A stretch of DNA of 64,000 nt, taken from the NCBI RefSeq assembly GCF_964355755.1, contig NC_092670.1, positions 40,164,388 to 40,228,387 of the forward strand, read 5' to 3'. This document shows, in pieces, positions 31,700 through 45,696 of this stretch. Source of the stretch: Antedon mediterranea (Eukaryota; Animalia; Echinodermata). The position numbers and the translations under genes were made by a program. Position 1 is the stretch's first letter. Every line of letters starts with the position of its first letter. The notes under the pieces are model-generated. The model did not search any database and had not been told where the DNA came from. It worked only from the letters and a program-made list of their open reading frames with translations.

Positions 31700-31861
31700 A
31701 AACCGACCAATCACTCGAGTCGTTGTATATTATAAATAAAACTTCTTGAGGCAGTAATCATCATTTTAAAAAGTATAACAGTTTTGGACGCTTGGACACT
31801 TACAGGGTATTTCTATAGACTTTTGAATTAGAAGACGGAGATTGAATTAGGCATTAATTGT
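31700..31861 (+). promoter_or_regulatory. putative promoter and non-coding exon 1 of CRH-type precursor 1
   Basis: CCAAT at 31706, TATAAATA at 31731, Inr-like TCATTT ~30 nt downstream, donor GTAAGT at 31860; the next acceptor is at 33253. Confidence 0.55.
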
Positions 31862-33267
31862 AAGTATTGACTTTTTGTATGAATTATGAAATATTAAACT
31901 AATACCTCGAGGCTTACTTTCAGAATAAAGTAGTTACCTTGAAGGAGGATACTTCGATCACCAGTATCACATACAATTCTCCGTACGACCACGGGGGTGG
32001 TAGAGGTTAATGGTGCAGCATGCAGAATGAAACTATTGCGTAACGCGTGTGGTTCCCATTATAGCGCGTAACGCATGTGGTTTCCACTAAAGTGCGTAAC
32101 GCATGTGGTTTTCAACAAAAAAGCACGTGTGGTTCCCATGTACGCGCAATTTGACAAATCCTCCAAATTCTGTATGGATAGATGTATACACTTTTAACTT
32201 TGATATAAGTATTTGTTTATATTGAATTATAACTAAACATCATAACTATTCTGTTGAATGTAACGCACCAAATAAACTGTGTTATTTTAAAAATCCATCT
32301 CAATATGACGTCATTCGTTACACAACACAATTGTGCACTACTGTCTAGTATTTAATAATATTAATACAGTAAATTACTTTTGAATTATTATTTCAACTAT
32401 ATTGGAAGTGGTGTTTGTATACACAGTGCTGTATTTCCACATACGACGATATATCCCCAGTATCATAGGAATATTTGGTAATACAGCATCTAATTTGTAT
32501 CACATGTTGTGCCTTTACCATGTAAGGTTAGGTTATTGGTTAGATTATGGTTTTTGACACATGTAAAACACATGTGATGCTATATTATGGAATTTTACTA
32601 TAATACTGGAAACATACCCCCATGTTTAGACTTATCATGATAAACAGATTTTTGAACACATTACGTGTCATGTATAATTCTTGAAACCGAAGCGCCCAAT
32701 AGTGGTGACTATAAGAGACAATAACTAAATTGGGGCATGTCTATATCAGATATACGCAATGCTCTATTGTGTTACGCTATATACACTATATTGTGTAATA
32801 ATGCAGTACCTATTATTCAAAGTCACAGTACACATTGTGTTTCTATGACAAATATATGTCATACAATTGATTCAAAGCTCAAAATATGAATACAATAAAC
32901 AGGTCGTCATGGAATTTATTCTAAATTTAATTGCGTCATCGTCACTGGTAATTTTAGACGCAGGGTTATATATAAAATGATTGAACTGATGAAATTCAAA
33001 TATTTTCTTTTGCAATACTTAGTCAAATAAGGTAAAAGCATTTTAGTTTTATAATGTACAGGAATGTTACTTTAATGAAATAAGTAATATTTGCAATATT
33101 TATTTCATTTAAAGTTCACATTTGTTATTTTAGTTTCACGTTCTGGGTTGACGATGAAAATAAAACATTTTCACAAATTTGACATTTGAAGGAGACTAAC
33201 CATTTTTATTGAGTGCGTAATAAAAGTAAATTTTTTTAAATGTTTTCTTTCAGATATAAACAAGAGA

Positions 33268-33928
33268 ATGACCTCAATTCGTTTATTATTCGTTTCATGT
33301 GCGTTAGTAACGCTAATTGCGTTAACCTCAGCAAGACCAATGAACAATAGCGGTAATTTCTTACGGCAAGCTCGATCAACATTGTTTTCAGGTTGGTAAC
33401 ACTCTGTTTACTTACACGTGAAATGTGGGTGAGGTAACTAGACGAGAAGAGACCAATATTGCCGGCTATGGGAGGGCGGGACTGAGGGAACTTTAAACGA
33501 GGTGTAGTTAGTCACTCTTCAATCCCTAAACCTCTTTCTTCTGTCCATACCCATCAACACTCAGAACTGATATTCTATTTTGAATATTCTTCCCCCCCCC
33601 CCCCCCCCACACCTTTCGAAAGGATTGGTTCCCACTTTTGGACGCAACGCGACGACGACGTACGCGCATTGCAATGTGTTTTGGACCAAACATAAATATA
33701 CCACCATTACCACCAAATTTCCAATGTTATTTACAATTGTCACTTTTTTTGACAGATATGCTTAGGGAAGAAAACGAATTCGAGTCTTCAAATCGTCAGA
33801 AAAGATCGCGTGGAAATATGGTACTGTCTCTTGACTATTTACTGAAAGCTTTGGAAAAAGCTAATAGAGAGGAAGCAGCAGCGAATCAAAGAGATTTAAT
33901 GGAAAGACTTGGACGACGACGCCGGTAA
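33268..33928 (+). CDS. CRH: CRH/DH44-type neuropeptide precursor 1 (98 aa, 2 coding exons)
   Basis: Exons 33268-33391 and 33756-33928: signal peptide MTSIRLLFVSCALVTLIALTSA, RQKR cleavage site, mature SRGNMVLSLDYLLKALEKANREEAAANQRDLMERL followed by GRRRR amidation/cleavage signal. Matches the vertebrate CRH pattern SLD..LL..LE.A..E...R.LME.I-amide. Confidence 0.85.
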
Positions 33929-34664
33929 TAGAATTATTTAATTTATATATCTGCAGGACTCTTATTTATTAATTTATATTCACTCCATACGAAACAAGAC
34001 GATGATTGTAGGCAGCCTATACGTGATGGACGGGCTGAAAACCGCCAGTGTATTACATCGATGATTGGCCTAGAAGACCGTAAGCTTTGATAACAAGATC
34101 ATCAAACTTCAATCAACAGTGACACCACCACGAAAATGACTCGCGCGTACACACTGTCACCATTTTTAACGCGCAGTACGCATCATGGCCGGTTTCATCT
34201 TAACAATATACAATATCAGTTCTTGTTAAAATTGTAACAAACATTCCACATTAATATAAAAAATTAATTAATTTTCATCGAGTAAAAATCTAAATATTAA
34301 AAAAAAATTATTTCTAAAACGTACGATTAACTTACAAATTTATTAGGATTGTTAACAAATAACTGAAATAAGTTTCTTAATTACAAATTGATTAAAATTT
34401 GAAAGAGAACTAAATGATCTAAATGGGTCTTGTTCAATATTGAATAGGATCCTCAATTTATCAATTATATTTTATTATATACCACCGATATTTATGTTGT
34501 TTAATATTTCCATATTACATGTACGTCACCACTTAAAGGTGTTACGCAGTCTTTTCCCTGTAATTTGTTAGCAATTACAGTATATTGACTTTACTGTTAA
34601 GTTTCTCTTAATTCGTTAACTGTTTTCACATTATGCCTTAACGTAATTGAGTTATCATGGAATG

Positions 34665-34820
34665 TAAAGCTTGGTTCCCACTAGGACGCAACGCAAGGAC
34701 GTAGACGCAACGCAAGCGTGTTGACCAATGACAGTTCGAATAATCCATCGCTGGTGATTGGTAAACTCACTTACGTTGCGTTACGTCATTGTGTTGCGTC
34801 TCTAGTGGGAACCAAGCTTT
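34665..34820. mobile_element. Harbinger-like MITE family B copy
   Basis: TAAAGCTTGGTTCCCACTAG ... CTAGTGGGAACCAAGCTTT. Confidence 0.8.
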
Positions 34821-37800
34821 GTTTTGGAACGAAACTTGTCATGCCTGAAAGAAAACATTATTTTAATATTTGTCAACGATTATTACGATGTATTATTAAG
34901 ATCATTCTATTGTATATAACGACATTCGTCAGTTAACGATGTAAATTCAAATGTGCAATATTTAAATCCATCTTGTTTATATTTCAAATGTATTATACTA
35001 AGTTATTTATTTGAAAATTATATTAAAGTAAACCACACCGAATAAATATTACATGCTTCTTTAAAGAATTAACAAAAAACCTATATACTTTTCCTATAAT
35101 GTAATATTAGGACATTATTGTAATTAGGTTATATAGAATTATCATCCGATTCGCTGTATTGATCACCACAATGATAATTGTCTGTCCATTATCATAAGCA
35201 CATTCTGTAATACAGCGTCACATATGTATCACATGTGACGACTATATTACGTTAGAGTTAGGTTAGGCCTACGTTTAACATGTGACAAATATGTGTAGAG
35301 AATTTGCCTATAATAACAAATTATAAATACAGTTACCGAGATAACGCTAGAATTAAATCATGTCTGCACAAAATACTCTAAAACTGACATAAATAATTTA
35401 GTTTAGTTGATTAAATATGATGTATCGAAGAAGTATAAAACAATGCTAAAAGACCTATCTGCTGTAACCATGACGACGAATGTGAATATATTTATTGTCG
35501 TCTAGGAGTCAAACGCTCAGTTGTAGATACAATTTTGATTATAAAATTACTGTTATTTTATTTTAATAAAAATTATATATAAATGGTAACTGATGTTTGT
35601 AAGTTTCATTATTCATCGACGTCGAGTTGAATGTATTCAGTTTTACATGGATATTTAATTTAGTTACGAAGTCTACTTTATCCTGAACCAACATCCTATC
35701 CATCCTGGTAAACCAGTAGCGAATAGCAGCACTCGATACCCTGTATATCATAAGGCATTATCTAGCCAGTATCATGGCAAATTCTGTACTACAGTGGCAT
35801 GGTATGTGTTTCTACAGTATGTGAGACTAATAATTAGATTGGGCTTATGGCCTATGATACATGCATCACATGTGATACATATGTGACGCTGTATTACAGA
35901 ATTGTCCTATGATACTTGTATTACCAGTTTCCGAGATTCTTCGTCTGCATATACAGTACCTGTATAAGCTATAGTACAGAGGGGGACATTCTAAATGCAC
36001 TTGGGCTAATACTGTAGTAATAGCGGTAACTTTCGCTCAGGATTGTATTTGTTTTTAAAACCAATTTGATTCAAGTTACACCATTTTATTATTGAAGTTA
36101 GTTCACTACAAAATAAAAATGTCGGTAGTTCTTTGAAGAAATAAAAATTAGACGAACCCATTAAAAACAACAAAAACCGTTCACTACAAGTTTTCCCATC
36201 TTGCGTCCTAGTGTGAACCAAGCATTAAAAATAATTACTCCTATAAAGAATGTAAAATATGACAAACATGTGACGCAGTATCACGGAAGTTTCCTAGATA
36301 CTGAAGGTTAAGATATAGTACGTAGTACGGAGAATCAGGTGGCGTCAAGAAATCAAAGTAAAATATACAATGGAATGCACAATGCCTATCAATAATAGAT
36401 CAGATTGAGTTAAAGATCAAATATCGAAGAAAAATTACGTTTTTGTTCGGAATGGTTGACGTCAGAAAATGATACTTATACAATAACAAATATGTTAGTT
36501 GCAAATAAATTGCATAATAAACATAATGTATATGGGCATTAAACTAGGAAATGTAGGTAGGTTCATAATATTCAATTGCTGAAAAATTTATTTAATGAAC
36601 CATATCTGAATACTATATGCTGACGTTTTAAACCAAACAACTTCGGCAACTTTATATAGGCCTATTATCATTAGCGACCTTTCGTTTTCGCGCGCTATAC
36701 TACGCGTACGCGCCTATCGATTAAAAATAACCCTTTTAATCGATACTGCGTATAGTCGAGTGGCAAAGGATGGTACAAACTGAACATAAATGAGAAAATT
36801 ATTAAAACGGATCGTCAGTGACTTAATATCTTTCTTCTTCTTTATTTACTGGGTGACCTCTTCGGTCAACAAAGGACCTATGGTTTATAGTCCTTTTCCG
36901 AGAAGACTCGTTCTACCACCAGAACGATGGTGGTGCAAGTAGAAGTAATACCAGTGTTTTAACTTTCAACTACATTTTCTAGATTTCGTAGTTTAAAAGC
37001 TCGCTATGTGAAGCAAGCTAGGCCTCTAATCTATCGTTATTAAGTATGTCTAGGTACAGTACCTAAAGGTTGCCTTGTAAAGAGTGCATCCAGTGCATTT
37101 TAGGAAACTTTTCAGGATGTAGGATTTCGTGCCAGAAAAGGCTTACTTATACAAGCAGTATTTATTATGTGATTACTCATTAATTACATCAGTATTTCAA
37201 ACCTCAAGACTTACTTATTGTACTTAAGTCTAGATTTAAGATTTAAAATGTTATAAACAATTTGTATTTACAGCTTACGTTTTACTGTGCAAAAAGAGGG
37301 CACAGTTTGCGTGTTAAGGCGACATACAATTTAGTTTCATTAATCTCTACATAATATTCCTTATAAGTTAGACGTATTCATTCTACTTTCGTTGATCGAC
37401 TTTGATTCGATACACGTGATTATTCGAATATTGTAAATATTCATGCGTGGGAGTCACAACCCGTGTGAAAGGGGCTTTAGTTCAGTTGCTATGTAGCAAA
37501 CAAAAATAACACTCTTCATTCAATAAATTTTAAAATCACAAAGAATGTCACATGATCCTGTCTAAAGCTCTGTCTACACTATCAAACTAGTTTGACAAAA
37601 AAGTGTAATGTTCCTAAATATGGTAGTGATATGACATCATGTCCATATAATATGGGCACATCACATAAAGTTTGATAGTGTAGACAGAGCTTCACGCGCA
37701 AATGCAGGAATGACAGCAACATACTCATTCAAATACAATACTTATGATTAAAATATTTAAAAAAAAAATTGGTGTTGTTTTCAAATCTACCAAACATTTA

Positions 37801-37849
37801 ACATAACACCAATGACATGTCCGCTACTGGTGCGGTTGTTAATTTTATA

Positions 37850-38339
37850 TAAAGCTCTGTCTACACTATCAAACTGTATGTGACAAACACATTTGATATG
37901 CCCATATATGGACATGATGATGTCATGCTACCATATGTGAGCATATCACTACCATATTTCGACTTACCGATTTCTTACAAGAATAATGAAAAGCGAAAAC
38001 AGAATGTTAATTTGTATATATAATTATTTGTTAATGGATTCAAACGTGTACTACAAATGGAGAGAGGCATTATATACCAATATATACAAGTGTTGGTCCT
38101 CTCTCCTTCATCTTTTTAGTCGCGTGAACGCGACTCTAGTTCACTATGTCGGTCGGTCTGTCTGTCGGTCCGGTATCACTATGCGTTTTAGCACGCGACT
38201 TATGGCTGTTGGCCTTGTTTTTTTGTAACGTACCATATAGACAATTGTCTGAAGTAAAAGTTGAATTGAATTGAATTGAATATTTGGGCACATCGCACTT
38301 TTTTTCGTCAAACTAGTTTGATAGTGTAGACAGAGCTTA
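37850..38339. mobile_element. family A MITE carrying a nested retroposon fragment and a short HINE
   Basis: MITE halves at 37850-37959 and 38281-38339 are separated by an insert ending in (TTGAA)n. The insert contains AGTCGCGTG..(GTCG/GTCT)n..CACGCGACT..GGCTGTTGGCC at 38113-38222. Confidence 0.7.
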
Positions 38340-39962
38340 GTATTTATTAGATACTATCGGAAATATTTTAAGGAATATATCGGAAATCAACTTCCTTTTC
38401 TATAATCCATACATTCGTCCAGCGGCAAGAACGATACAAGACTGTTCGTTTGGAATCACTAATCGCTTTGTAATTAGCTCTAATTCTAATAAACCTCCAA
38501 GACCTTATAAAAAACGTCACGTATTAAGCGAATCGTTGTGTTATGAATATATTTATATAATAATGATCGAACGCCAATCAATTCGGGAATATTAAATAGA
38601 CACCATAATTTATTTAAAAGTTATAGTTTTCCGATTAATATTATGATCAGGTATGTTTAAGAGCAATATTCAGTAAGTAAATCAGCTCATTATGATACAA
38701 ATTAGATTGTTGATAGGTTGTACAAATCACACGGGAGATATTTCATTCGTATACCAGAGTACAACCTTTAAGACAGCTGCTCAGATATAAGTAAGTATGC
38801 TTTAGACATTGTTATACATAGTGAATACTTATGTGAAGTAGATAGTTAGTTAAATAAGGGGACGAACGGTGAATATAAAAACGTCTCAATGTTGAATCCT
38901 ATAGTCCCGCTTAACGTATTGCTGATAAACAGGGACAGATGGTGAGGAACAAACCTCCAGGTTCTTTCATTGTATTGTGGTATGTGATGATATTGTAATG
39001 TTAGTCTATGAGGGCTTATTCCGAATTTCCTCAGTTTCCAGTTAAAGATGCATTGTCCTCCAAAAACATGAAAAATAATGATTAATAAAAATCATACGTT
39101 GGATAGGCCATTTAGTTAAAGTTAATTACGTCCGTAGAAAAAAATAACGAAAAGAAAATGTTTTCACAACAAAAATGAATAATTTTGGTCAACGTGAATA
39201 ACTATTATGTTACATTAAAATGGCATATTCAACAACAACAAAATGAAAAGAAAACTATTTTTCAGGGAGAAAATATATTTAAGCCCAGAATAGAAAAAAA
39301 ACTGGCTTATTATTATTATTATTATTATTAAAGCATAGACCTATAAGTTAAGATAGGTCCATGGTTAAAGTAGTTAAGTATTTAAGGTTGTTATTATATT
39401 CTATTCTATACTGGCTATAGACGAGTGTTATTATTATACGCCTACACAAAAAACAGGACCATATTGTAAATCATATTTAAAACTTATTTTTCTGAATTAT
39501 GGTATCGTTTTTACATAAATATACAAAAAATGACGTATATTCTGAGATTTCTTGTTAATTTCGTTAGTGATATGTTATAGTTATAATACTTAGGCTCATA
39601 AAGAATGTTTGTTTTCCTTCTAAACTGTACAAATGGCTCCGTCATTGCAATGATTGATAAACAACCTGCCGTTAATGGAAAAAATGTTAATATTTTTCTG
39701 AGTGCAAAAACATTTCAACCGCTAAAATATCTCAAATATGTGTGTGAGTATTATGCTGATGATATCAATTATTCCACGCTCCTGTTTTGATACTTTTACC
39801 TTTCGATATCATCAAGTTAATGTTTCTCTACAATTTTAAAAATATATTTGGAAAGTCACGTCACGATTATGTGTTCGCTGATAAGGATGTGAAGTATATT
39901 TTATAATATTAAAATAAATACTACTTACTGTGACCTGGTTAAATGTTACAAATATACAATCA

Positions 39963-40345
39963 GTAATGATGTAGTAGATGACGATGATGATAATGATGAT
40001 GACGTATCTTGTTGATGATAATAATGACGATGACGTATCTCTTGTTGATGATAATGATGATGAAATATCTTGTTGTTGATAATGATGTTGTTGTTGATGA
40101 TGATGATGATGATGATGATGATAATGATGATGATGACGTATCTTGTTGATGGTATTGATGATGATGATGATGATGAAGTATCTTGTTGTTGATGACGATG
40201 ATGATGATAATGATGATGACGTATCTAGTTGATGATATTGATGATGATAATGAAATATATTGTTATTGATACTGATTGATAATGATTATGATACAGGTCT
40301 TGATGATAGTGACGACGATGTTGATGGCAATCACGGTGATGATGA
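39963..40345. repeat. (GAT)n-rich compound microsatellite with GACGTATCTTGTT sub-repeat
   Basis: Directly visible. Confidence 0.9.
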
Positions 40346-41918
40346 CATGTGATATATGGGAACATCACTTTTTTGTTAGTGTAGACAGAGCTTAAAAGTG
40401 TCTTTGTACTTAAAGACTGAGGTGTACACCAAATTAAGAACATTATGCGAGCGCGTGCGCGTGCCCTTATGATGTCTAGCTAGCTAGAAGTTGAATTAAG
40501 TACCGTACTAGCCAACATTACAACGTTAGTGTTGTAAACATCTATAAAGTGTGAAGGTATATTTAATGGCTGTATTCGTTTTGTTCACACTGCACTATAC
40601 AAAGCTTGTCCTCAAATATTGTTACGTAACAAAAACGTGAGTCAAAGAATATGACGTCATTATGACAAAGCAGTGACGTCTTTACCCCATCTGTTTTATC
40701 ACACATTTTTTAAATATGAAATGACACCCCAAAACGAAGTCTAAGAACATGACATCATTATTACAAACAGTGAAGTCTTTACCTCACCTGTTTTATTACA
40801 CTTTTTAAACATTTAAATTAAAAAAAATATACAAACTAAAATAATTTAAACATCTTAAAGACATATAGTAAATAGGTATAAATGCCGAGGAACTATGAGT
40901 CACCTATAATGCTATAGATTAGTAGTAAGAGGGATATATATAATTATTATATTTAACATAGGCAATACTTGCACTGTAAATTACTTTCTTTATTGTCATA
41001 AAATAAACGGTATTATGAACGTTGTGTTACTCGTGACGTGTACAAGATATTTTTAAAATGAAAATTCACTTAAACAATCACAGTTATAGTTATGTCTGAA
41101 TACAACAGAATAAACAAAACTAGAAATGAAAATCATGGGCAGTGCATCTCACAGCCTGTAACAACCATCGCGTGTGCCCGGATGCCAGGCAATTTATTTA
41201 TAAGATCATCCTTTTCGCGAATGTATCCGAGAAACATAAATCTCATGATAATATCGAAATGACAATTATCAATTTGTAGATGGTGTACCATTAACTTACA
41301 AACTATACGTGTTAATGTGTCTACGATCAACGGTGAAAATGACATATAACGCACGATTTAGTTCCACTAATCGAAAAATTCAAGGAACTGATTGTACAGC
41401 ATGCATTCGGATGGTTTCCACTTGTGCGCAACGCAACTACCGCGTGCACGCAACGCAACGACCGCATGCCAATCACGACAAGATGAATGTGTCTTATATC
41501 CAGCAACAAATTCGGTTGGTTTTATACTTGTTGTATTGAACGCAATAAAGATAACTTGAGACTGGTTGGGTTGTGCGTACGATGTTGCGCTGTGTTGCCA
41601 AAGCTTTAAAAAAAACAGAATACGGCATCGTTCAATTTAACAAAACGGCGCCGTCATCTTCCATTCGGTGAAGCAAGTGTGAATTGAATAAATTGGTTTA
41701 TTATGTTAGGAAGGGAAAAGACAAAACAATACGACGATGAAATCATGAGGATAATAAACTGACGCATGCGTTAAAACGATTTTGATAATACAAGGCGGTC
41801 CCCTTTGTGCGCGCGCGTGTGTCATCACGTCCACGCAACAGGTCAACATGGCCGAGACGATATATTCATTGATATGACGTCATTACAATAATTGTATTGT
41901 TTTTCTTTCAGGTATTTT

Positions 41919-43114
41919 ATGACGATGTATTCGGATATTACTTTATTAATGTTATTGTTTTTATTCTGTATAACATTAACAACATCACAAAGTAGCGATT
42001 TCTATGAATATGATGCAGCAGTGTCACGTGAGAAGAGAATATCACGTGACAACAATCCGTTAGCAGGTAAGTATTAAATTATTACTAGAATATTATTTGA
42101 CGAAGGTGGGTAGAGGGATTGTGATGTGTAGGGGCCGAGATAAGAGGATGTTCAGCATATTATAGGTTTTGTTTTCTTGTCTTGCGCATGCGTATTTATA
42201 TTTCTACTTTTTATGGCGCGAAACAAGTCCCAACCAATCAGAATTGTTCGATTCGGAAAACGTCATCTATACTTTTTGGCATTTCTGTTTGTATTTGTTA
42301 TGTATCAACCGCTCAACAGACACTATCCTCCAGATTTGTAAAAAATGCATACATTATATTACTTTGAAAACATGAATCCAGGTTATTTCTTGTCTCAAAT
42401 GTACGTTATGGTTAATTATGATAAAAAGAGAAAAACAATGCACTAATAATATTGCTAGGCCTACTTTTCTGTATCAATAATCTCATGGCAGTACAGATTA
42501 CACCCAAGAGTCTTTTATGTCCAAAATGCATTATGTTCAGTTAACGAAGAATTTAGGTAACATTATATAGAATTTTCCTATATGTATTTAAACATTATAA
42601 TCTTAATATTTCTAAAGGCGAACTTATTCAAGCGAATCAAATATTCATGGCCACTATTGGTTGCAATTTCGCATAATCGCGAGCAAAAAAGCATATGAAA
42701 ATAATGATACACACTGCGCTGGACTTGCCCAATGTTATTTCAAGGCTTTCCGATGTTTGTCCAATATACAACTTCAAACTAAACTAGTATACGCATGAAA
42801 CGTACGAAAAATGTGCCAAAATATTTATCTTTTACTAATAGTCAAAACCCCGTCTGGAACCCAGACTAACACTGCGCATAAATTACGCGCGAAAAAATTC
42901 ACATGGTGAATGGAAACATGCTTACTTTATTTATTTTTCCACAGATATTTTGCGTGCAAATATTGGCAATACAAGGATTAGGCTCAATAGCAAACCACGA
43001 ATGTCAGGGAACGTGGGCTCACCAATGCAAGTACTCAGCGGTATAGTGGGCAGACTACGTAAGAATAAGCAAGTCAACAATCATAGAGCGCGGATGAATA
43101 ACAAAGGGCGATGA
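41919..43114 (+). CDS. secreted amidated neuropeptide precursor 2, probably a divergent CRH/DH44/ELH-family member (105 aa, 2 coding exons)
   Basis: Exons 41919-42066 and 42945-43114: MTMYSDITLLMLLFLFCITLTTSQSSDFYEYDAAVSREKR ISRDNNPLADILRANIGNTRIRLNSKPRMSGNVGSPMQVLSGIVGRLRKNKQVNNHRARMNNK GR*. Signal peptide, REKR site, C-terminal GR amidation signal, strong splice sites. Confidence 0.75.
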
Positions 43115-45696
43115 ACAAGTAAACCACCAACGTATTCATTACATGGAACAGTTTACCTTGAATATTGAAGAACACTTTGAAAAACACTATGGGTAGACAA
43201 AAGGTGTAACGCTTGGTTTCCACTCTCGGATAAAGGCGTACGCGCAACGCACGTGACTTGACCAATCACAAGTAATGGATCATCCGAACTAACTCGGCTC
43301 ACCTGCGTTGCGCGTACACCTTACTTTGCACAGCAAAAGTAGTATAGGCCTAATTGTATTTTTAACTGCTCTAAAATGAGGAATTTTTTGTATTGTGATT
43401 TGAGAACGTTTGAAGGCGAAAAGATTCACGTAAATATAAATGATTTATTGGCTTGCACCATCAGAATATGAATGTCCCCACAAGTACGAAAGCGTCTTAT
43501 TTGATATCAGAGGATCAGAACTCTTTTTTAATGTTGCATGTGGCAGCAGTGACCGCAAGTTCGTCCAACTGTTTGAGTCATAAACCGTCTGAATCCCCTC
43601 GTTCGCGCCATAATATTAACAAATTACAACTTGAACATATCGATCCTGTTGTTGAATAGGATTAAGATGGAGCTAATCTTATCCGAGTCGATGTATATTT
43701 TTACCTCCAATTGACGTAATAAATTAGGCTTTAAATAGCACATTTGAAAGATGACTCTGCTTTGTCTGTTCGGAAGTGCCTCGAAATTGTTCATTGCTTA
43801 TAAATTGAAGGATTAGGTTTTTTCTTCGAAATCGATTTGGAGCCAATTAGAGTCGAGATTATTTGACTAACTATGAACTGTTTTGTTTAGATTGTAAAAG
43901 CCATCAATGAAATTCGAGAATTTCTAAATTTATAACGCGCGCGTACGCTAATTGTACTTTTGTGTCCGACTGATGTTATATTTGTCATTAAATAAGTAGA
44001 ACTTGATCTGTTGGTTTGGTAACATTAGGCGCTTGTTTAATGTGTAATTAACGATATCGTGAATTACATTAGCTTATACCTTTTGATGTTTCAAATACCT
44101 AATTAAATATTGATAATGTTGGTTAATTGACTTACATTATTAATCGCTTAATTAAACGCACATACTTGCTTGCAGCGCAGACACTATATCTAAATTTGAC
44201 GCGCGCGTACAAAAGGCATACAATTTGTCATCGTTATAACGCAATGTCATCAGCATTTGAACGCGCGTTTATATTAACAGTCATTTTGAGTATGCTCATG
44301 TGTTTGTTGTGAGAGTGCGTATGACGACATCTGCGTAGTCAGGTGGCACGCAAGCGCCTTGAAAACGAAAGGTAAAAAATGTTTATGAAATAACAAATAG
44401 GATATAAAATCATTTGATTCATTTTCACTTTATCTATTTATTTATTTATCCATGTACTGTATTTTATTTCATTCTTATTTTAATAATTAATTTATCTATA
44501 TTAGATTTGAGACGTCATCAAATATTTTATTAATTGAATTAATGAGAAGCTTTTACATTGGATATATAGATAAATGTAAAAAAAAATACATAATATATAA
44601 TAATATAATATATTTACACTGTAACAAAAGTGCAATTACACACATTTAATGGAAATACTATTAAATTAAATGTCGAAATATCTTAAAACTAAGTAGTCGT
44701 ATTTTATTGTTGACGTTTGTATGGTATAGTAGTGTAGACGCGAATAATCATGTAATGTATCAAAACAATTAAAGCTTGTTCCCACTACGAGGCAACGCAA
44801 GAAATGCGCAAGTGAATTGACCAATAACAAGCCACAGTTAGTTATAAGAATAATCCATCGCTTGTAATTGGTCAACTCGGTTATGTTACGTCTACGTCCT
44901 TTATGTTACGTCTACGTCTTAGTGGGATCCAAGTTTAACATAGGTGCATATATATATAATATAACTGCGTGCGAAGGAACGCATTCAAAAACGGAAACCT
45001 ACTGATAGCAACATATGACATATTGTTGTCGAATGTTTTGGATTGAATACTTTTGGTGGACTTGGCCTGCCATACCTACTATTGAAAGTGTTAGAAAAAC
45101 ACGGTCAATTTATTTAGTTCGTTTTAATTTAATTTTTTTTATAACATTTTTCTGGAACAACTTTTTTTTTGGTAACATGACTATTACATTCATGTATCCA
45201 TTAGAGGTTTGTTACATGCTCCAATAACCGAATTCAAGGAACAAATGAAACATTTATGTAATTAATATTTAACGATAATTGTGTGAACCTTTCGCACTTT
45301 TTAATGGAAAGAATGCTATCAAATGCATTAGGTGCCTATAAAGAAATGTATCAATCCAGTTTCTTCATGATAAGTGCAAAATGCTGATCGACCGTATAAT
45401 TGATGGGCGGTAGTAGTACTAGCTGTAATAGTACAGAAGAAAATGCTACAGTTTACAGCCACTAATTGAATTATGAAATTAACATAAACAATGATAGCAT
45501 ATAACACACCGGTCTGCTCTCTAGGTGATTAAATTAACTTGTTCCTCTGTCTAATTAATTGATCCCAAACCATAGTACGTGCGCGCGTCGTGGAGCACGC
45601 ACACATACTACCGCGCATGTTATGTATAAAGATTGGTTTCCACCTCAAATCAACGCACAAAGGAACGCAACAACAAATAATATATATAATATAATC

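Noticed and set aside
33638-33755. N-terminal part of the 96-aa ORF
   Set aside because: Intronic read-through; the real exon starts at acceptor 33755/33756.
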